Below are positions 21,261 to 32,677 of a stretch of 64,000 bases of DNA, piece by piece. The stretch comes from an uncultured Haloferula sp. Lineage in GTDB: Bacteria > Verrucomicrobiota > Verrucomicrobiia > Verrucomicrobiales > Akkermansiaceae. Position numbers and translations under genes: made by a program. The stretch's first letter is position 1, and each line of letters opens with the position of its first letter. The notes below the pieces were generated by a model, which saw only the letters and a program-made list of their open reading frames with translations, was not told where the DNA came from and made no database searches. The DNA lies in assembly GCA_965652295.1 (NCBI GenBank), contig CBFGTS010000014.1, positions 1 to 64,000 of the forward strand. The letters run 5' to 3'.

Positions 21261-22643
21261 ATGGCTTACGATCTCATCGTCATTGGAGGCGGACCCGGCG
21301 GCTACGTCGCAGCGATCCGCGCCGCCCAGCTCGGAAAAAAAGTCGCCTGCGTCGAGGCCGACCGTGCCGGCGGCACCTGCCTCAACTGGGGCTGCATCCC
21401 CACCAAGGCCCTGCTGAAAAACGCCGAGCTGTACCACACGCTCTCGCATCGCGCCAAGGAGTTCGGGTTTTCCTTCGACAACCTCCAGTATGACTGGTCG
21501 TCCGTCATCGGCCGCTCCCGCAAGGTCTCCGACCGGCTCGCCGGCGGCATCGAGTTCCTGTTCAAAAAGAACGGCGTCGAATACGTCCGCGGCCACGGTG
21601 CCATCGCCGGACCGAACACCGTCGAGGTCACCGCGCCCGATGGCTCCAAGTCGTCCGCCGAGGCCAAGCAAATCATCATCGCCACCGGTGCCAAGTCCCG
21701 CGCGCTGCCACCGCTTCCCTTCAACGGCAAGACGGTCATCGGCTCGAAGGAGGCCATGGTCCTCGAAAAGCAGCCGGAAAGCATGATCATCATCGGGGCC
21801 GGTGCCATCGGCGTCGAGTTCGCCTACATCTACAACGCCTTCGGCACCAAGGTGACCGTCGTCGAAATGCTGCCGACCATGGTGCCCGTCGAGGACACAG
21901 AGATCGGCGAAGCGCTTGAAAAATCCTTCACCAAGCAAGGCATCCGCTGCCTCGCCAACCACAAGGTCACCGCCACCGCCGACAAGGGCGACCACGTCGA
22001 GATCACCGTCGAAGGCGCCAAGGAGAACGGCGTCCTCAAGGCCGACGTCTGCCTCGTCGCCATCGGCGTCCAGCCCGTCCTCCCCGGCGGCAACCAGGCC
22101 GATCTCACCGATCGCGGGTTCATCCAAACCGGTGACCGCTACGAAACCTCGTTGCCGAACGTCTACGCCATCGGCGACGTCACCGGCCCGCCGCTGCTCG
22201 CCCACACCGCCTCCTTCGAGGCCATCCAGTGCGTCGATGGCTTGTTCGTCGAGGGCCACAAGGTCCGCAAGGTGACGAATTTCCCCGGCTGCACCTACTG
22301 CCACCCGCAGGTTGCCTCCGTCGGCAAAACCGAGCGCGCGCTCAAGGAAGAGGGCATCGAATACACCGTCGGCAAGATCCCCTTCATGGCCATCGGCAAG
22401 GCCATCGCCGCCGGCGAGCCCGATGGCTTCGCCAAACTCCTCTACGGCAAGAAACATGGCGAGCTTCTCGGCGCGCACATCATCGGCGACAACGCCACCG
22501 AGCTGATCGCCGAAATGGGCCTGGCCCTCGACCAGGAACTCACCGCCGAGGAGATCCACGCGACCATCCACGCCCACCCGACCATGAGCGAGGTGATCCA
22601 CGAGGCCACCCTCGCCGCCGAAGGCCACGCGATTCATTTCTGA
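21261..22643 (+). CDS. lpdA: Dihydrolipoyl dehydrogenase
   Basis: GGGPGGYVAAIRAAQLG, GGTCLNWGCIPTK, C-terminal HAHPTMSE. Confidence 0.95.
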   Translation: MAYDLIVIGGGPGGYVAAIRAAQLGKKVACVEADRAGGTCLNWGCIPTKALLKNAELYHTLSHRAKEFGFSFDNLQYDWSSVIGRSRKVSDRLAGGIEFLFKKNGVEYVRGHGAIAGPNTVEVTAPDGSKSSAEAKQIIIATGAKSRALPPLPFNGKTVIGSKEAMVLEKQPESMIIIGAGAIGVEFAYIYNAFGTKVTVVEMLPTMVPVEDTEIGEALEKSFTKQGIRCLANHKVTATADKGDHVEITVEGAKENGVLKADVCLVAIGVQPVLPGGNQADLTDRGFIQTGDRYETSLPNVYAIGDVTGPPLLAHTASFEAIQCVDGLFVEGHKVRKVTNFPGCTYCHPQVASVGKTERALKEEGIEYTVGKIPFMAIGKAIAAGEPDGFAKLLYGKKHGELLGAHIIGDNATELIAEMGLALDQELTAEEIHATIHAHPTMSEVIHEATLAAEGHAIHF

Positions 22644-22786
22644 CCCGCGGCACCGCCGCACAGGAGGTTTCCACTCGCCAAGCGCCCCCAGGCGGCGCTT
22701 GGCGGGTTTCGCGCATTGCTTTCCGCGATCTGCCGCGGCTCACCTTCCCCCTTGCCAGCGGGCCGCGGCCACCTAGCCTTCGCGGC

Positions 22787-24268
22787 ATGCGATTGCGGTT
22801 GTTCGCGCTTTTCACCCTCCTGCTCCTGCCAGCCTCCCTTTCCGGGCAGACGAAGATCCCCGAAACCCCGGCCGGAGCCCCTTCTGAGATTTACCGATCG
22901 GTGGTGCGCATCGAGGCCGCCGTCCAGGTGCCGGACTACTCGGCTCCGTGGAACAGCGGCCGCTTCGGCGGCGGAATCGGCACCGGCTTCCTCATCGGGA
23001 AAAACCGGATCCTCACCAATGCCCACGTCGTTTCCAACGCCCGGCGGCTCCTCGTCACGGTCCACGGAAGCCCGGAGAAATATCCGGCCAAGGTCGATTT
23101 CATCGCCCACGATTGCGACCTCGCCCTGCTCTCGGTCGAGGACTTCTCGGATTTCGAAAAGTTCCCCGTGTTCCAGATCGGCGGCGTGCCGAAGCTCGAA
23201 AGCCAGGTCCGCGTGATCGGTTACCCGATCGGCGGCGAGAGGCTCTCGGTGACCCGCGGCGTCGTCTCGCGCGTCGATTACTCCTCCTACTCCCACTCCC
23301 GGGCCGATCAGCACCTGGTGATCCAGATCGATGCCGCCATCAACCCCGGCAACTCCGGCGGTCCCGTGCTGCAGAACGGCAAGGTCATCGGCGTCGCCTT
23401 CCAAGGCCGGCGCGACGCGGACAATACCGGCTACATCATTCCCACTCCGGTGATCCGCCGCTTTCTCACCGACATTGAGGACGGCAGCTACGATCACTAC
23501 GTGGACCTCGCGATCTCCACCTTCCCGCTCTACAACCCGGCGATGCGCCAGGCGCTGAAGCTCCCTCCCGACGGCAACGGCGTGCTGGTCAGCAACGTGA
23601 TCCCGCGCGGCACCTGCGACGGATTTCTCAAACCCGGCGACCTGCTGGTGGAAATCGACGGCCACCCGATCGACAGCGCCGGCCAGATCCTGATCGATGG
23701 CGCAAAAGTCGAGTTCGCGGAAATCGTCGAGCGCAAGTTCGCTGGCGACACCGTGCAGCTCCGCTATCGCTCCGACGGCGTGTGGCATGACCAGGACGTG
23801 CCTCTGAAAACCCTGCCGCAGAACCAGATGTATGCGATCCAGTACGAAAAGCAGCCGCGTTACATCGTTTTCGCCGGACTGGTTTTCCAACCACTCGATA
23901 CCAACCTTTACGCCACCGAGAACTTCAACAACTACCACGTCCGCCGCCTCTATCAGGATTATTTGTCCGAAGGCATCTTCACCGAACGCGAGGACATCGT
24001 CGTGATGACCCGGGTGCTCAACGACACCATCAACAGCCGCCTCGACGGGTTCCAGGGCATGGCCTTGGACAAGATCAACGGTACCACCGTGACCACGCTG
24101 ACGCAGGCGAACGAGCTGCTCCATGAGGAGCCCGAAGGCGGCTTCCACGTCATCGAATTCATCGGCGGCAAACGCCCGCTGGTGCTGCCCGCGGCCGAAG
24201 TGCCCGAGGCCAACGCGCGCATCCAGCGCACCTACGAAATCGACCAACTTGTGAATCTCCAGGAATGA
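22787..24268 (+). CDS. Trypsin-like serine protease with PDZ domains (Deg/HtrA-like)
   Basis: Intact triad: TNAHVV, DCDLALL, AAINPGNSGGP. Confidence 0.9.
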   Translation: MRLRLFALFTLLLLPASLSGQTKIPETPAGAPSEIYRSVVRIEAAVQVPDYSAPWNSGRFGGGIGTGFLIGKNRILTNAHVVSNARRLLVTVHGSPEKYPAKVDFIAHDCDLALLSVEDFSDFEKFPVFQIGGVPKLESQVRVIGYPIGGERLSVTRGVVSRVDYSSYSHSRADQHLVIQIDAAINPGNSGGPVLQNGKVIGVAFQGRRDADNTGYIIPTPVIRRFLTDIEDGSYDHYVDLAISTFPLYNPAMRQALKLPPDGNGVLVSNVIPRGTCDGFLKPGDLLVEIDGHPIDSAGQILIDGAKVEFAEIVERKFAGDTVQLRYRSDGVWHDQDVPLKTLPQNQMYAIQYEKQPRYIVFAGLVFQPLDTNLYATENFNNYHVRRLYQDYLSEGIFTEREDIVVMTRVLNDTINSRLDGFQGMALDKINGTTVTTLTQANELLHEEPEGGFHVIEFIGGKRPLVLPAAEVPEANARIQRTYEIDQLVNLQE

Positions 24269-25779
24269 ACGACCGCATTCTGATCCCGCTCCTCCTCGGA
24301 GGCCTCGCGCTGACCGCCTGCGAGCGCACCGAGACTTCAAACCGCACGGAACCCGCCCCGGTGGTCATCCCCGACGTACCGGCCCCTGATCTGACGCGGT
24401 CGGTCGTGCGCGTGAACACCACCTATCAGCGGTGGAACCCGGGCCAGCCATGGGAGAAACTGGACCCACGCCAGCGTCGCTCGCTCGGCGCGGTCATCGG
24501 AGGCTCGAAGGTCCTCACCACGGCGGAAATGGTGGCGGATTCGAATTTCATCGAACTCGAAACCTCCGATGGCCTCAAGCTCACGCCGGCGACGGTCGAG
24601 GCGGTGGACTACGAGGCGAACCTCGCCCTGCTGTCCACCGACGACGAGGAGTTCACCAAGGATCTCATCCCGCTGGACTTGGCGGAGATCGCCAAGCCGG
24701 GCGATGGCCTCGACATCATCCAGATCGAGGACAATGGCATCCCACTGATCACCCACGGCACCATTCAGAGCGTCGACGTGGTCACCAACTTCCTGCCCGG
24801 CCAGTATTTCCTCAACTATGTGTTGAAGGCCTCCATGCAAACCGCGGCAAGCAGCTTCAGCCTGCCGGCGCTCCGCGAAGGCAAGCTGGCCGGATTCCTG
24901 ACCAGCTACAGCTCGTCCGATCAGGTCAGCGACATCACCGCCACCGAGATCATCCGTCATTTCCTGAAAGACGCGGCCGATGGCGCGTATGCCGGCTTTC
25001 CCTCGCTGGGCATCGCCACGGCTTCGCTCGACGACCCGAAGTTCCGCGCATGGTTGGACCTCAACCCAACGGACGGCGGGATCTACGTCTCGAACGTGGC
25101 CAGGAACGGAGCCGCAGAGGCCGCCGGCGTGAAGGTCGGCGACGTGATCACCTCGATCGACGGCCACGAGGTGGACCAGACCGGCTATTTCAAGCATCCC
25201 GTCTACGGGCGTCTTTTCTGGTCCCATCTCGTCCGCGGTGCCCACCCGGTGGGCACCACCATCCCGCTGGAGCTGGTGCGCGAGGGCGAGCCGCTGACCG
25301 TTGAAGTCACCCTCAGCCTGCGGGAGCCCGCTCTGGTGCCGATGCACACTTTCGGTGAGGAGCCCCGGTTTCTGGTCAAGGGCGGCATGGTCTTCCAGGA
25401 ACTCACCCGCCCGCTGCTCAAATCCTTCGGCAAGGACTGGCAGGAAACGGCACCGCTGAATCTTCTGGAACCCTTCGAATATCCGGAGCCCTTTGAGGAA
25501 CGGATGGATCGCGTGGTTTTCCTCGCCGGGGTGATCCCCACCCCGGCCACCATCGGCTACGAATCGTTGCGCCATCTGATCGTAGCGGAGGTGAACGGCC
25601 AACCGATCCGCGACATCCAGAGCCTCGCCGCCGCGTTTGAAGAAGTCCCGGCCGACGGGCTCCACTCGATCCGTTTCGACGAAGAGGACTTTCCGATCCA
25701 GCTCGACGAAAACGTGTCGACCGTCGTGGACGGCCAGCTTCTCCAGCGCGGACTTTCCCGCCTGTCGCGGCTCGAATGA
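24265..25779 (+). CDS. Deg/HtrA-like PDZ lipoprotein with a degenerate protease domain
   Basis: Lipobox LTAC; collinear with the upstream protease but TTAEMV, ANLALL, ASSFSLP replace the triad motifs. Confidence 0.8.
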   Translation: MNDRILIPLLLGGLALTACERTETSNRTEPAPVVIPDVPAPDLTRSVVRVNTTYQRWNPGQPWEKLDPRQRRSLGAVIGGSKVLTTAEMVADSNFIELETSDGLKLTPATVEAVDYEANLALLSTDDEEFTKDLIPLDLAEIAKPGDGLDIIQIEDNGIPLITHGTIQSVDVVTNFLPGQYFLNYVLKASMQTAASSFSLPALREGKLAGFLTSYSSSDQVSDITATEIIRHFLKDAADGAYAGFPSLGIATASLDDPKFRAWLDLNPTDGGIYVSNVARNGAAEAAGVKVGDVITSIDGHEVDQTGYFKHPVYGRLFWSHLVRGAHPVGTTIPLELVREGEPLTVEVTLSLREPALVPMHTFGEEPRFLVKGGMVFQELTRPLLKSFGKDWQETAPLNLLEPFEYPEPFEERMDRVVFLAGVIPTPATIGYESLRHLIVAEVNGQPIRDIQSLAAAFEEVPADGLHSIRFDEEDFPIQLDENVSTVVDGQLLQRGLSRLSRLE

Positions 25780-25787
25780 CCGGGCGG

Positions 25788-26243
25788 TCAGCGGCTCAAA
25801 TCCCGCTGGCGCAACAGCTTGAAACCGGCGGTATTGAGCAGCCCCATGGCGAAATCCGCGTCCTCGACGTGCATCGCCAGGAGCGTGCGGCCCTTGACGG
25901 AAGGCATCAAGGCGTAGGCGAAATCGATGTTGGTCTCACCGACCATCATGGTGTCGAGCACCTGCAACAGCCCGGGTCCGCATTCCTGAAGTGACACGAC
26001 CACCAGCGGGGAGGTCGTGAAAGGGATGCCCTTCTCGATGAAGAGCTGGGTGGTGGTGTCGGGATCGGTCACCACCAGCCGGGCGATGGTGGCATCGCGT
26101 GAATCCTGGACGCTGATGCCCACGACCTCGATCGCCTTGTTGCGCAACAGCTTCACCAGCGCGGCCAGCGCGCCGGCACGGTTTTGGAGCATGACGGAGA
26201 ACTGGGTGACCAGTTCGTCCGGCTCGAGCGTGTCAGGATCCAT
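25788..26243 (-). CDS. ACT-domain protein
   Basis: QFSVMLQNRAGALAAL...; two ACT-like repeats. Confidence 0.8.
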   Translation of the reverse strand: MDPDTLEPDELVTQFSVMLQNRAGALAALVKLLRNKAIEVVGISVQDSRDATIARLVVTDPDTTTQLFIEKGIPFTTSPLVVVSLQECGPGLLQVLDTMMVGETNIDFAYALMPSVKGRTLLAMHVEDADFAMGLLNTAGFKLLRQRDLSR

Positions 26244-26264
26244 GATGTTGGAGGAAATCTAACC

Positions 26265-27890
26265 TCAACCCCGCGGACCTACCAGACGAACAGTCGTCAT
26301 TTCCCCGGTGCCGAGGTTTTCCAGGACCAGCTGGCTGGGACGGACATCGTCCACGAGGTATTCCTCGCCCCCCGCGGTCCGGAACCTCTGACCTCTACGG
26401 GCCACGTAGTAGCGGCCGCTGGCCGCATCCTCGACCAGAGCGACCGGCTCGTGCGACAACGCGGGCAGCCCGACGATCAGATCGCGCCGCAGTCCGCTCG
26501 ACGCATCCTCGACCTCGACCACCGAAACCTCCACCGGCTCTCCGCCCTGCTCCTTGCCGCCCTGCATCCGCCGCTCGATCCGGACCACGGACAACTTCGT
26601 GCCGGGGATCTCGTCTCCGGCCGAGACCTCGTGGCGTGCTCCGCCGACGACCTGGATCGAGGCGGTCTCCGCCTCCACCGAGACGACGCGCAGCGGCAGC
26701 TCGCGCTGACGGTAGGAACGCATCACCACCGGCGCAGGGGCCGCGTCAGGTTCGACTGAATCCGCTACCGGGGCATCGCTGCCCTGGGCTGGAGGCGAAA
26801 CACCGGTGTCATTACCTGCAAGCGGCTCGCCATCCGAGCTGCCTGCGGGAGCCTCGACCACCGCACCTTCGAGTTCCGGGATGGTAACCGCTGCCCCGCT
26901 CCCTGAAAGCGGCGGGAGCCCGGCTCCGTCATCCGTCTCCGTCGCGATACCGGGCATGCCCTCCGGGCCCGGGCTTCCATGCTCCGCAAGCGCCTCTTCT
27001 ACTACAGATGCCGTGGTTCCCTCCGCGGATTCCTCCGGATCGCCCGGCTGCACATCAACCACCGCCGCCAGCTCCGCCGCCAGCTCCGCGGTATCCGCAA
27101 GTTCGAAATCCCCCTCCTCCGGTGCTCCCTCCAAACGGGCGGCCACCTCATCATGCCCCGCGGCGCGGGCCAGTTCGGCCGCCGTCCGCCCCTCAAGGTC
27201 CATCGTCAGCCGGTTCGAGCCGATCGAAAGCAGCATCTCCACCGCCTCCATCTGTCCATGCTCCGCGGCGAGCATCAGCGGCGTCCGGCCGTCCTGAAGA
27301 CGCGAGTAGACACTGGCACCATAGTTCGTGAGTTCGTCGATCACCCCGGCCTGACCGAGGATCGAGGCCGCCAGCAGGGCATCGTCGAGATCCTCCCGCA
27401 CATAAGGAGCCAGCACCGATACCAGCTCGGGCCGCCCTTCGCGCACCGCGAGCATCATCGGCTTGTATTGCTCCGCGTCCTTCGCACGCGGATCCGCTCC
27501 TTGTTGCAAAAGATACCGCACCATCTCCGGCGTGGAGCGGAGGACCGCTTCCATCAACGGCGTCCGCCCGTGCTGGTCGCGAGATTCGATCGGCACGCCA
27601 CGATCGAGCAGGAAATCGACCGATTTCATCGCCCCGCCGCCCGCCGCCGCGTGCAGCGCGCTCCTTCCCACCGGGTCCGTACCGGAAATCGACAGACCAC
27701 CATCGATCATCGACCGCATGGCCCTGAGGTCATCGCTCTCGGCCGCACGGAAAAACGCCTCCCGGGACATTTCGTAACCGGCTTGCTGGACCTGTTCGCG
27801 CTCCTCTTCCCCGGGCTCCTTCTTACAACCCGAAATGATCAAGGCCGCCGGCACGAGCCCCCAACCTGCGATCCACCACTTCCGTTTCAT
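26265..27890 (-). CDS. Ankyrin-repeat lipoprotein
   Basis: Lipobox [31 protein letters not shown] repeats; acidic linker and C-terminal beta domain. Confidence 0.85.
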   Translation of the reverse strand: MKRKWWIAGWGLVPAALIISGCKKEPGEEEREQVQQAGYEMSREAFFRAAESDDLRAMRSMIDGGLSISGTDPVGRSALHAAAGGGAMKSVDFLLDRGVPIESRDQHGRTPLMEAVLRSTPEMVRYLLQQGADPRAKDAEQYKPMMLAVREGRPELVSVLAPYVREDLDDALLAASILGQAGVIDELTNYGASVYSRLQDGRTPLMLAAEHGQMEAVEMLLSIGSNRLTMDLEGRTAAELARAAGHDEVAARLEGAPEEGDFELADTAELAAELAAVVDVQPGDPEESAEGTTASVVEEALAEHGSPGPEGMPGIATETDDGAGLPPLSGSGAAVTIPELEGAVVEAPAGSSDGEPLAGNDTGVSPPAQGSDAPVADSVEPDAAPAPVVMRSYRQRELPLRVVSVEAETASIQVVGGARHEVSAGDEIPGTKLSVVRIERRMQGGKEQGGEPVEVSVVEVEDASSGLRRDLIVGLPALSHEPVALVEDAASGRYYVARRGQRFRTAGGEEYLVDDVRPSQLVLENLGTGEMTTVRLVGPRG

Positions 27891-28076
27891 GGCCGCTCAA
27901 ATACTACGGCCTACTTAAACATTCAACCGCCAAACCGCTTCACCGGGCATATCCAACCAGCGGCTGCGCGCCGATTCTCGCCAAAATCGCCCTACTGCGC
28001 GGATTCGGATCATTTCCTGCCATATTCTCGGATCGCGTTGCAGCAAGTAGCCTCCAGCCCTCATGTTACCGGCGCA

Positions 28077-29912
28077 ATGAGCAAACCTACCAAACACGAA
28101 GCCCTCGCCGCCTGGGTCGAGGAAATGACTCAGCTCTGCCAACCCGACGCCGTCGAATGGTGCGACGGTTCGCAGGAAGAGTGGGACCGCCTGACCCAGC
28201 TTCTCTGCGACAAAGGAACCTTCACCCGCCTCAATCCCGAGAAGCGGCCGAATTCCTTCCTTGCCCGCTCGACACCCTCGGACGTGGCACGGGTGGAAGA
28301 CCGCACCTACATCTGCACCCGCCGCAAGGGTGCCGCTGGCGGAACCAACAACTGGATGGAGCCCCGCGAGATGAAGAAGATCCTCCGCGGCAAGTTCAAC
28401 GGCTGCATGAAGGGCCGCACCATGTATGTGATCCCCTTCTGCATGGGCCCGCTCGATTCACCGCTTGCCAAGATCGGCGTCGAGATCACCGACAGCGCCT
28501 ACGTGGTCGTCAACATGCGCATCATGTGCCACATGGGCCAACACGTGCTCGACCGGCTCGAAGCGGAAGCCGCCGGTGAAATCCCGAAGAAGCGCGACGG
28601 CTATGGCAACTTCATTCCCTGCGCCCACACCGTCGGCGCGCCGCTCGAACCCGGGCAACAGGATGTCACCTGGCCGTGCAATGAAGACAAATACATCTGC
28701 CATTTCCCGGAAACCCGCGAGATCTGGTCGTATGGCTCCGGCTACGGCGGCAACGCCCTGCTCGGCAAGAAGTGCCTTGCACTGCGCATCGCCAGCAATA
28801 TCGCCCGCGAACATGACTGGATGGCCGAGCACATGCTGGTCCTCGGAATCGAAGCTCCCGGTGGTGACAAGACCTACGTCGCCGCCGCCTTCCCGAGCGC
28901 CTGCGGCAAGACCAACCTCGCCATGCTGGTGCCACCGAAGGAATACGCCGACCAGGGCTGGAAAACCTCGATCATCGGCGACGACATCGCCTGGATGTGG
29001 GGTCACGAGGACGGCAATCTCCACGCGATCAATCCGGAAACCGGCTACTTCGGCGTCGCTCCCGGAACTTCCTACGACACCAATCCCATCGCGATGGATT
29101 CGATGCTCGAGAACGCGATTTTCACCAACGTCGCCCTCACCGATGACGGCGATGTGTGGTGGGAAGGCCTCACGAAGGAAGCACCCGCCCACCTGATCGA
29201 CTGGAAAGGCAAGGACTGGACGCCGGAAAGCGGCGAAAAGGCCGCTCACCCGAACGCCCGCTTCACCGCGCCCGCCGAGCAATGCCCGACGATCGACCCG
29301 GAATGGCAGAACCCCGATGGCGTGCCGATCTCGGCGATCGTCTTCGGCGGCCGCCGGCCGAACACCATGCCGCTGGTCTACCAAGCCTTCAACTGGTCGC
29401 ACGGCGTCTATGTCGGTGCCACCATGGGCTCGGAAGTCACCGCCGCGGCGATCGGCCTCAAGGCCGGCGTGCGCCGCGACCCGATGGCCATGCTGCCCTT
29501 CTGCGGCTACAACATGGCGGAGTACTTCCACCACTGGCTGGACATGCGCGACAAGGTCAAGCACCTGCCCCGCTTCTTCCACGTCAACTGGTTCCGCCTG
29601 GATGAGGACGGCAAGTTCCTCTGGCCCGGCTTCGGGCAGAACATGCGGGTCCTCGAGTGGATCGTGAACCGCTGCAAGGGAGCCGTCGCCGGCCATGAGA
29701 CGCCGATCGGCTGGACTCCCCACTTCGAAGACTTCAACTCGGCAGGCCTCGAAGGCTTTACCGAGGAGCAATTCGACAAGTGCATGGCCTACAACCCGGA
29801 CGAGTGGACCGAGGAACTCGTCGACCAAGGCCGCCTGTTCCTGAAGCTCTACGACCTCATGCCCAAGGAGCTCGTCTTCCAACGCGAGCTGCTGGCCGCA
29901 CGCCTGAGCTGA
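28077..29912 (+). CDS. pckG: Phosphoenolpyruvate carboxykinase (GTP)
   Basis: [65 protein letters not shown]. Confidence 0.95.
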   Translation: MSKPTKHEALAAWVEEMTQLCQPDAVEWCDGSQEEWDRLTQLLCDKGTFTRLNPEKRPNSFLARSTPSDVARVEDRTYICTRRKGAAGGTNNWMEPREMKKILRGKFNGCMKGRTMYVIPFCMGPLDSPLAKIGVEITDSAYVVVNMRIMCHMGQHVLDRLEAEAAGEIPKKRDGYGNFIPCAHTVGAPLEPGQQDVTWPCNEDKYICHFPETREIWSYGSGYGGNALLGKKCLALRIASNIAREHDWMAEHMLVLGIEAPGGDKTYVAAAFPSACGKTNLAMLVPPKEYADQGWKTSIIGDDIAWMWGHEDGNLHAINPETGYFGVAPGTSYDTNPIAMDSMLENAIFTNVALTDDGDVWWEGLTKEAPAHLIDWKGKDWTPESGEKAAHPNARFTAPAEQCPTIDPEWQNPDGVPISAIVFGGRRPNTMPLVYQAFNWSHGVYVGATMGSEVTAAAIGLKAGVRRDPMAMLPFCGYNMAEYFHHWLDMRDKVKHLPRFFHVNWFRLDEDGKFLWPGFGQNMRVLEWIVNRCKGAVAGHETPIGWTPHFEDFNSAGLEGFTEEQFDKCMAYNPDEWTEELVDQGRLFLKLYDLMPKELVFQRELLAARLS

Positions 29913-29932
29913 AAGCTATCCAGAAGTCTAAT

Positions 29933-30670
29933 TCAAGGGGTGGACCGCAAGGTCCGCCCCTTTTTCTGTTCCCGTCCCCGCTCGATCGCCCCCGCGACGA
30001 TCCACACCAGCAGCGCCCACGCCGCCCCGAGGGTCCATCCCGCAAGCACGTCCGTGGGCCAGTGGACACCGAGAAACACCCGGCTCATCCCCACGGCGAC
30101 CGTCACGCCGATGGCCACCGCCATGATGAAGGCCCGCACGCGCTTCCGGGGATACGTCCGGGAAACCAGCAACCCGAGCGTGAGATAGACCAGGGCCGAC
30201 ATCATCGAGTGCCCGCTGGGAAAGCTGGCGCTGGTGACCAGCGTGCCGTGCTCAACCAGATCCGGACGGGGTCGATCGTATCCGAGCTTGAGAACCTTCA
30301 TCACCAGTGTGCCAAGCAGCACCGAACCCACGCCCAGCCAGGCAAGCTTCCGTTTCCCGGCAAACATCGTAAGCCCCCAAGCCACCAGAGTCACCGCGGT
30401 GAGGAGGGTGGTTCCGCCCAGCGCGGTGATGTCGCGCGCGGCCTCGGCCAGACCCGGAGGGCCGATCGGATCGGCAGGGTCGTCCGCCTCGCGCATCCAC
30501 AGCAGGACCGTTTCATCCAGCCTGCGCGTTTCCGCCTCCTCCACCTCCTCGGCGATTTCGAGAAAGCCCAACACCCCCGCCAACGCCGCCAGGGCCAGCA
30601 GGTGCTTGCTCCAGTGACGGAGGATCAGGTTCCACCACCCCGCCGCCCGCGTCGCCAGGTCAGCCTCCAT
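29933..30670 (-). CDS. PAP2 family phosphatase
   Basis: K..Y.RPRP, SFPSGH, SRVFLGVHWPTDV. Confidence 0.9.
   Translation of the reverse strand: MEADLATRAAGWWNLILRHWSKHLLALAALAGVLGFLEIAEEVEEAETRRLDETVLLWMREADDPADPIGPPGLAEAARDITALGGTTLLTAVTLVAWGLTMFAGKRKLAWLGVGSVLLGTLVMKVLKLGYDRPRPDLVEHGTLVTSASFPSGHSMMSALVYLTLGLLVSRTYPRKRVRAFIMAVAIGVTVAVGMSRVFLGVHWPTDVLAGWTLGAAWALLVWIVAGAIERGREQKKGRTLRSTP
29937..29965 (+). terminator. Intrinsic terminator of pckG
   Basis: ggggtggacc-gcaa-ggtccgcccc-ttttt. Confidence 0.75.
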
Positions 30671-31538
30671 GGGAAAAGCTCGGGTAAGCCGTCATGCCGC
30701 CATCTACGGTGACTGTCGTACCGGTGATGTAGGAGGCCTCGTCGGACACCAGCACCCGCGCGATCCGCGCCACCTCGCCGGGCGTCCCCACGCGCTGCAT
30801 CGGGATCTTCGTTTTCAGGTCGGCCATCATCTCGGGGTCCTCGCGCACCTCGGCGTTGATCGGCGTCGCGATCGCCCCCGGGGCCAGGCAGATCACGCGC
30901 ACCCCCACGTTCTGGAGTTCCAGCGCGAGCGAGCGGGTCATCATGGCAATGCCCGCCTTGGCCGCACAGTAGGCGGCGTGACCCGCCCACGGGATGATTT
31001 CGTGGACCGAGGTGATGTTGAGGATCACTCCCTTGCGCGCCAGAATCATATCGGAAAGCACCGCCTGCGTGCAGAGGAAGGTGCCACGGAGGTTGGTGGC
31101 GATGACTTTGTCCCACTCCTCCAGCGCGATCGAGGCGACGGTGGCCTCATCGCCATCGATGCCGGCGTTGTTGACCAGAATGTCCACCTGTCCGAGACCA
31201 CGCCTCACCGATTCCATGCACGCGGCGACCGAATCGGCCTGCGTGACATCGAGGTGGCAGACAAGGGCTTCGCGGCCTGCCTTGCGGATGGACTCAGCGG
31301 TTTCTCCCGCACCTTCCTCATCGGAATGATAAGTCACAGCCACGTCGGCGCCGGCGTGGGCCAGCTCGATCGCGATCGCGCGGCCGATCCCGGAGTCGGA
31401 CCCTGTCACCAGCGCCACCCGCTCGTGCAGCGGGTCGCTCAGGGCTACCGCTTCAAGTGCGGGTTCGAGGGCCGCGTGCGAGCGCGTGGACGATGCCGAA
31501 GGGGGCCCGGCGGCTTCCGGGGAAAGACTCGATGCCAT
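30660..31538 (-). CDS. SDR oxidoreductase (glucose 1-dehydrogenase-like)
   Basis: TGSDSGIG, NNAG, SVHEIIPW, YCAAK, PGAIATPIN. Confidence 0.9.
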   Translation of the reverse strand: MASSLSPEAAGPPSASSTRSHAALEPALEAVALSDPLHERVALVTGSDSGIGRAIAIELAHAGADVAVTYHSDEEGAGETAESIRKAGREALVCHLDVTQADSVAACMESVRRGLGQVDILVNNAGIDGDEATVASIALEEWDKVIATNLRGTFLCTQAVLSDMILARKGVILNITSVHEIIPWAGHAAYCAAKAGIAMMTRSLALELQNVGVRVICLAPGAIATPINAEVREDPEMMADLKTKIPMQRVGTPGEVARIARVLVSDEASYITGTTVTVDGGMTAYPSFSHGG

Positions 31539-31720
31539 AGTCCCGCTTTCGCAACCGTCGTGCCGAAAGAATGCGAGGCAGCTTCCGAGGTCCCGGTCAT
31601 CACGGGTTGCATATCACCCTTTCCAGGGTGGGTGGGTCGTGCGATTTGAAACGCGGGCTCATTCCATTTCTCCCTCTATGGGGATCGAGGGCCCGGCATA
31701 CGGATCGCTGGGAAACCGCC

Positions 31721-31924
31721 ATGGACATCGCTTCATCCCCTCACCTGCCGCAGGAGGTCCGCACGACCCTGCCCGAGGAGGCGCTCAAGGTTTACGACGA
31801 GGCTTTCGCCAACGCGCTCGACGAATACGAGCACGACCCCGCCCGGGCCCACAAGACGGCATGGACCGCTACGGAGCAGGAATTCTATCTCGATGATCGT
31901 GACCAGCGCTGGAAAAAGAAATGA
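31721..31924 (+). CDS. ChaB family protein
   Basis: LPQEVRTTLPEEALKVYDEAFANA...AHKTAWTA. Confidence 0.85.
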   Translation: MDIASSPHLPQEVRTTLPEEALKVYDEAFANALDEYEHDPARAHKTAWTATEQEFYLDDRDQRWKKK

Positions 31925-31925
31925 C

Positions 31926-32579
31926 TCACCAGGTCGCGTTGTGGCCGCGTGTATCGACATGAACGAATCCCGGATAGAGCCCGATCCCGCCGCGGAAGGC
32001 TCCTTCCGCCCGCAGTCGTTCGGCCGTTTTGAAAACGCGGCCCGGAGAAGCATCGAAGATGAGATCGAGCGCGCGATTCTGAGTGTGCTGGGAGTTCCGG
32101 GCCGCTCCGGGACAACGCGCGTTGTAGGCGGGAGAGCGGTAGGCGGAGGTGATCCGCCGCAAGGGCACGCCGAGGCGGTCGCGCAATTCGTCGGCGACCA
32201 GCAGGGTCTGCCCCATGCGTTCCCACAGCTCGCGCGGAGGCAGGGTGTTGTGGACTCCCCGCCGCGCGCGATCGTGGGCACTGATGAGTTCGTGCGGCCG
32301 GATGTGGCGCAGGCCGAGGCCGCCGATGAACGAGGCGTAGTCGGCTGCGACTCCAGAGTAGCGGGGCTCGTTCGTCGTCACCCGGCGGCGGCCGGAAGAC
32401 CCATCGCTGGATATTTTCGCAGAGGCGGTTTCACCATTCGGAAGGGGCTTCTTCTTCCACTCCGCGGCGAGTTTTCCGATCTCACGCCGGTGCGCGTCAC
32501 TCCACATACCGAGGAAAGGCACCGCTGCGGCGAACGACATGGACCGGCCGAGAAACGACCGTCGGGACAAGTCTTGCAT
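31926..32579 (-). CDS. Peptidase M15A-like metallopeptidase, Tat-exported
   Basis: SRRSFL Tat motif; ITSAYRSPAYN, SQH...ALD, GGIGLYPGFVHVDTRG. Confidence 0.85.
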   Translation of the reverse strand: MQDLSRRSFLGRSMSFAAAVPFLGMWSDAHRREIGKLAAEWKKKPLPNGETASAKISSDGSSGRRRVTTNEPRYSGVAADYASFIGGLGLRHIRPHELISAHDRARRGVHNTLPPRELWERMGQTLLVADELRDRLGVPLRRITSAYRSPAYNARCPGAARNSQHTQNRALDLIFDASPGRVFKTAERLRAEGAFRGGIGLYPGFVHVDTRGHNATW

Positions 32580-32677
32580 CGGGCCGCAACAAAGCAGGTT
32601 CGGACTTCGCGTCGTCGCGTGGATTCACGTACCGGCCCGCACGATTCCGCCCCGCTGGAGAGGAGGAACCCTGCGGC

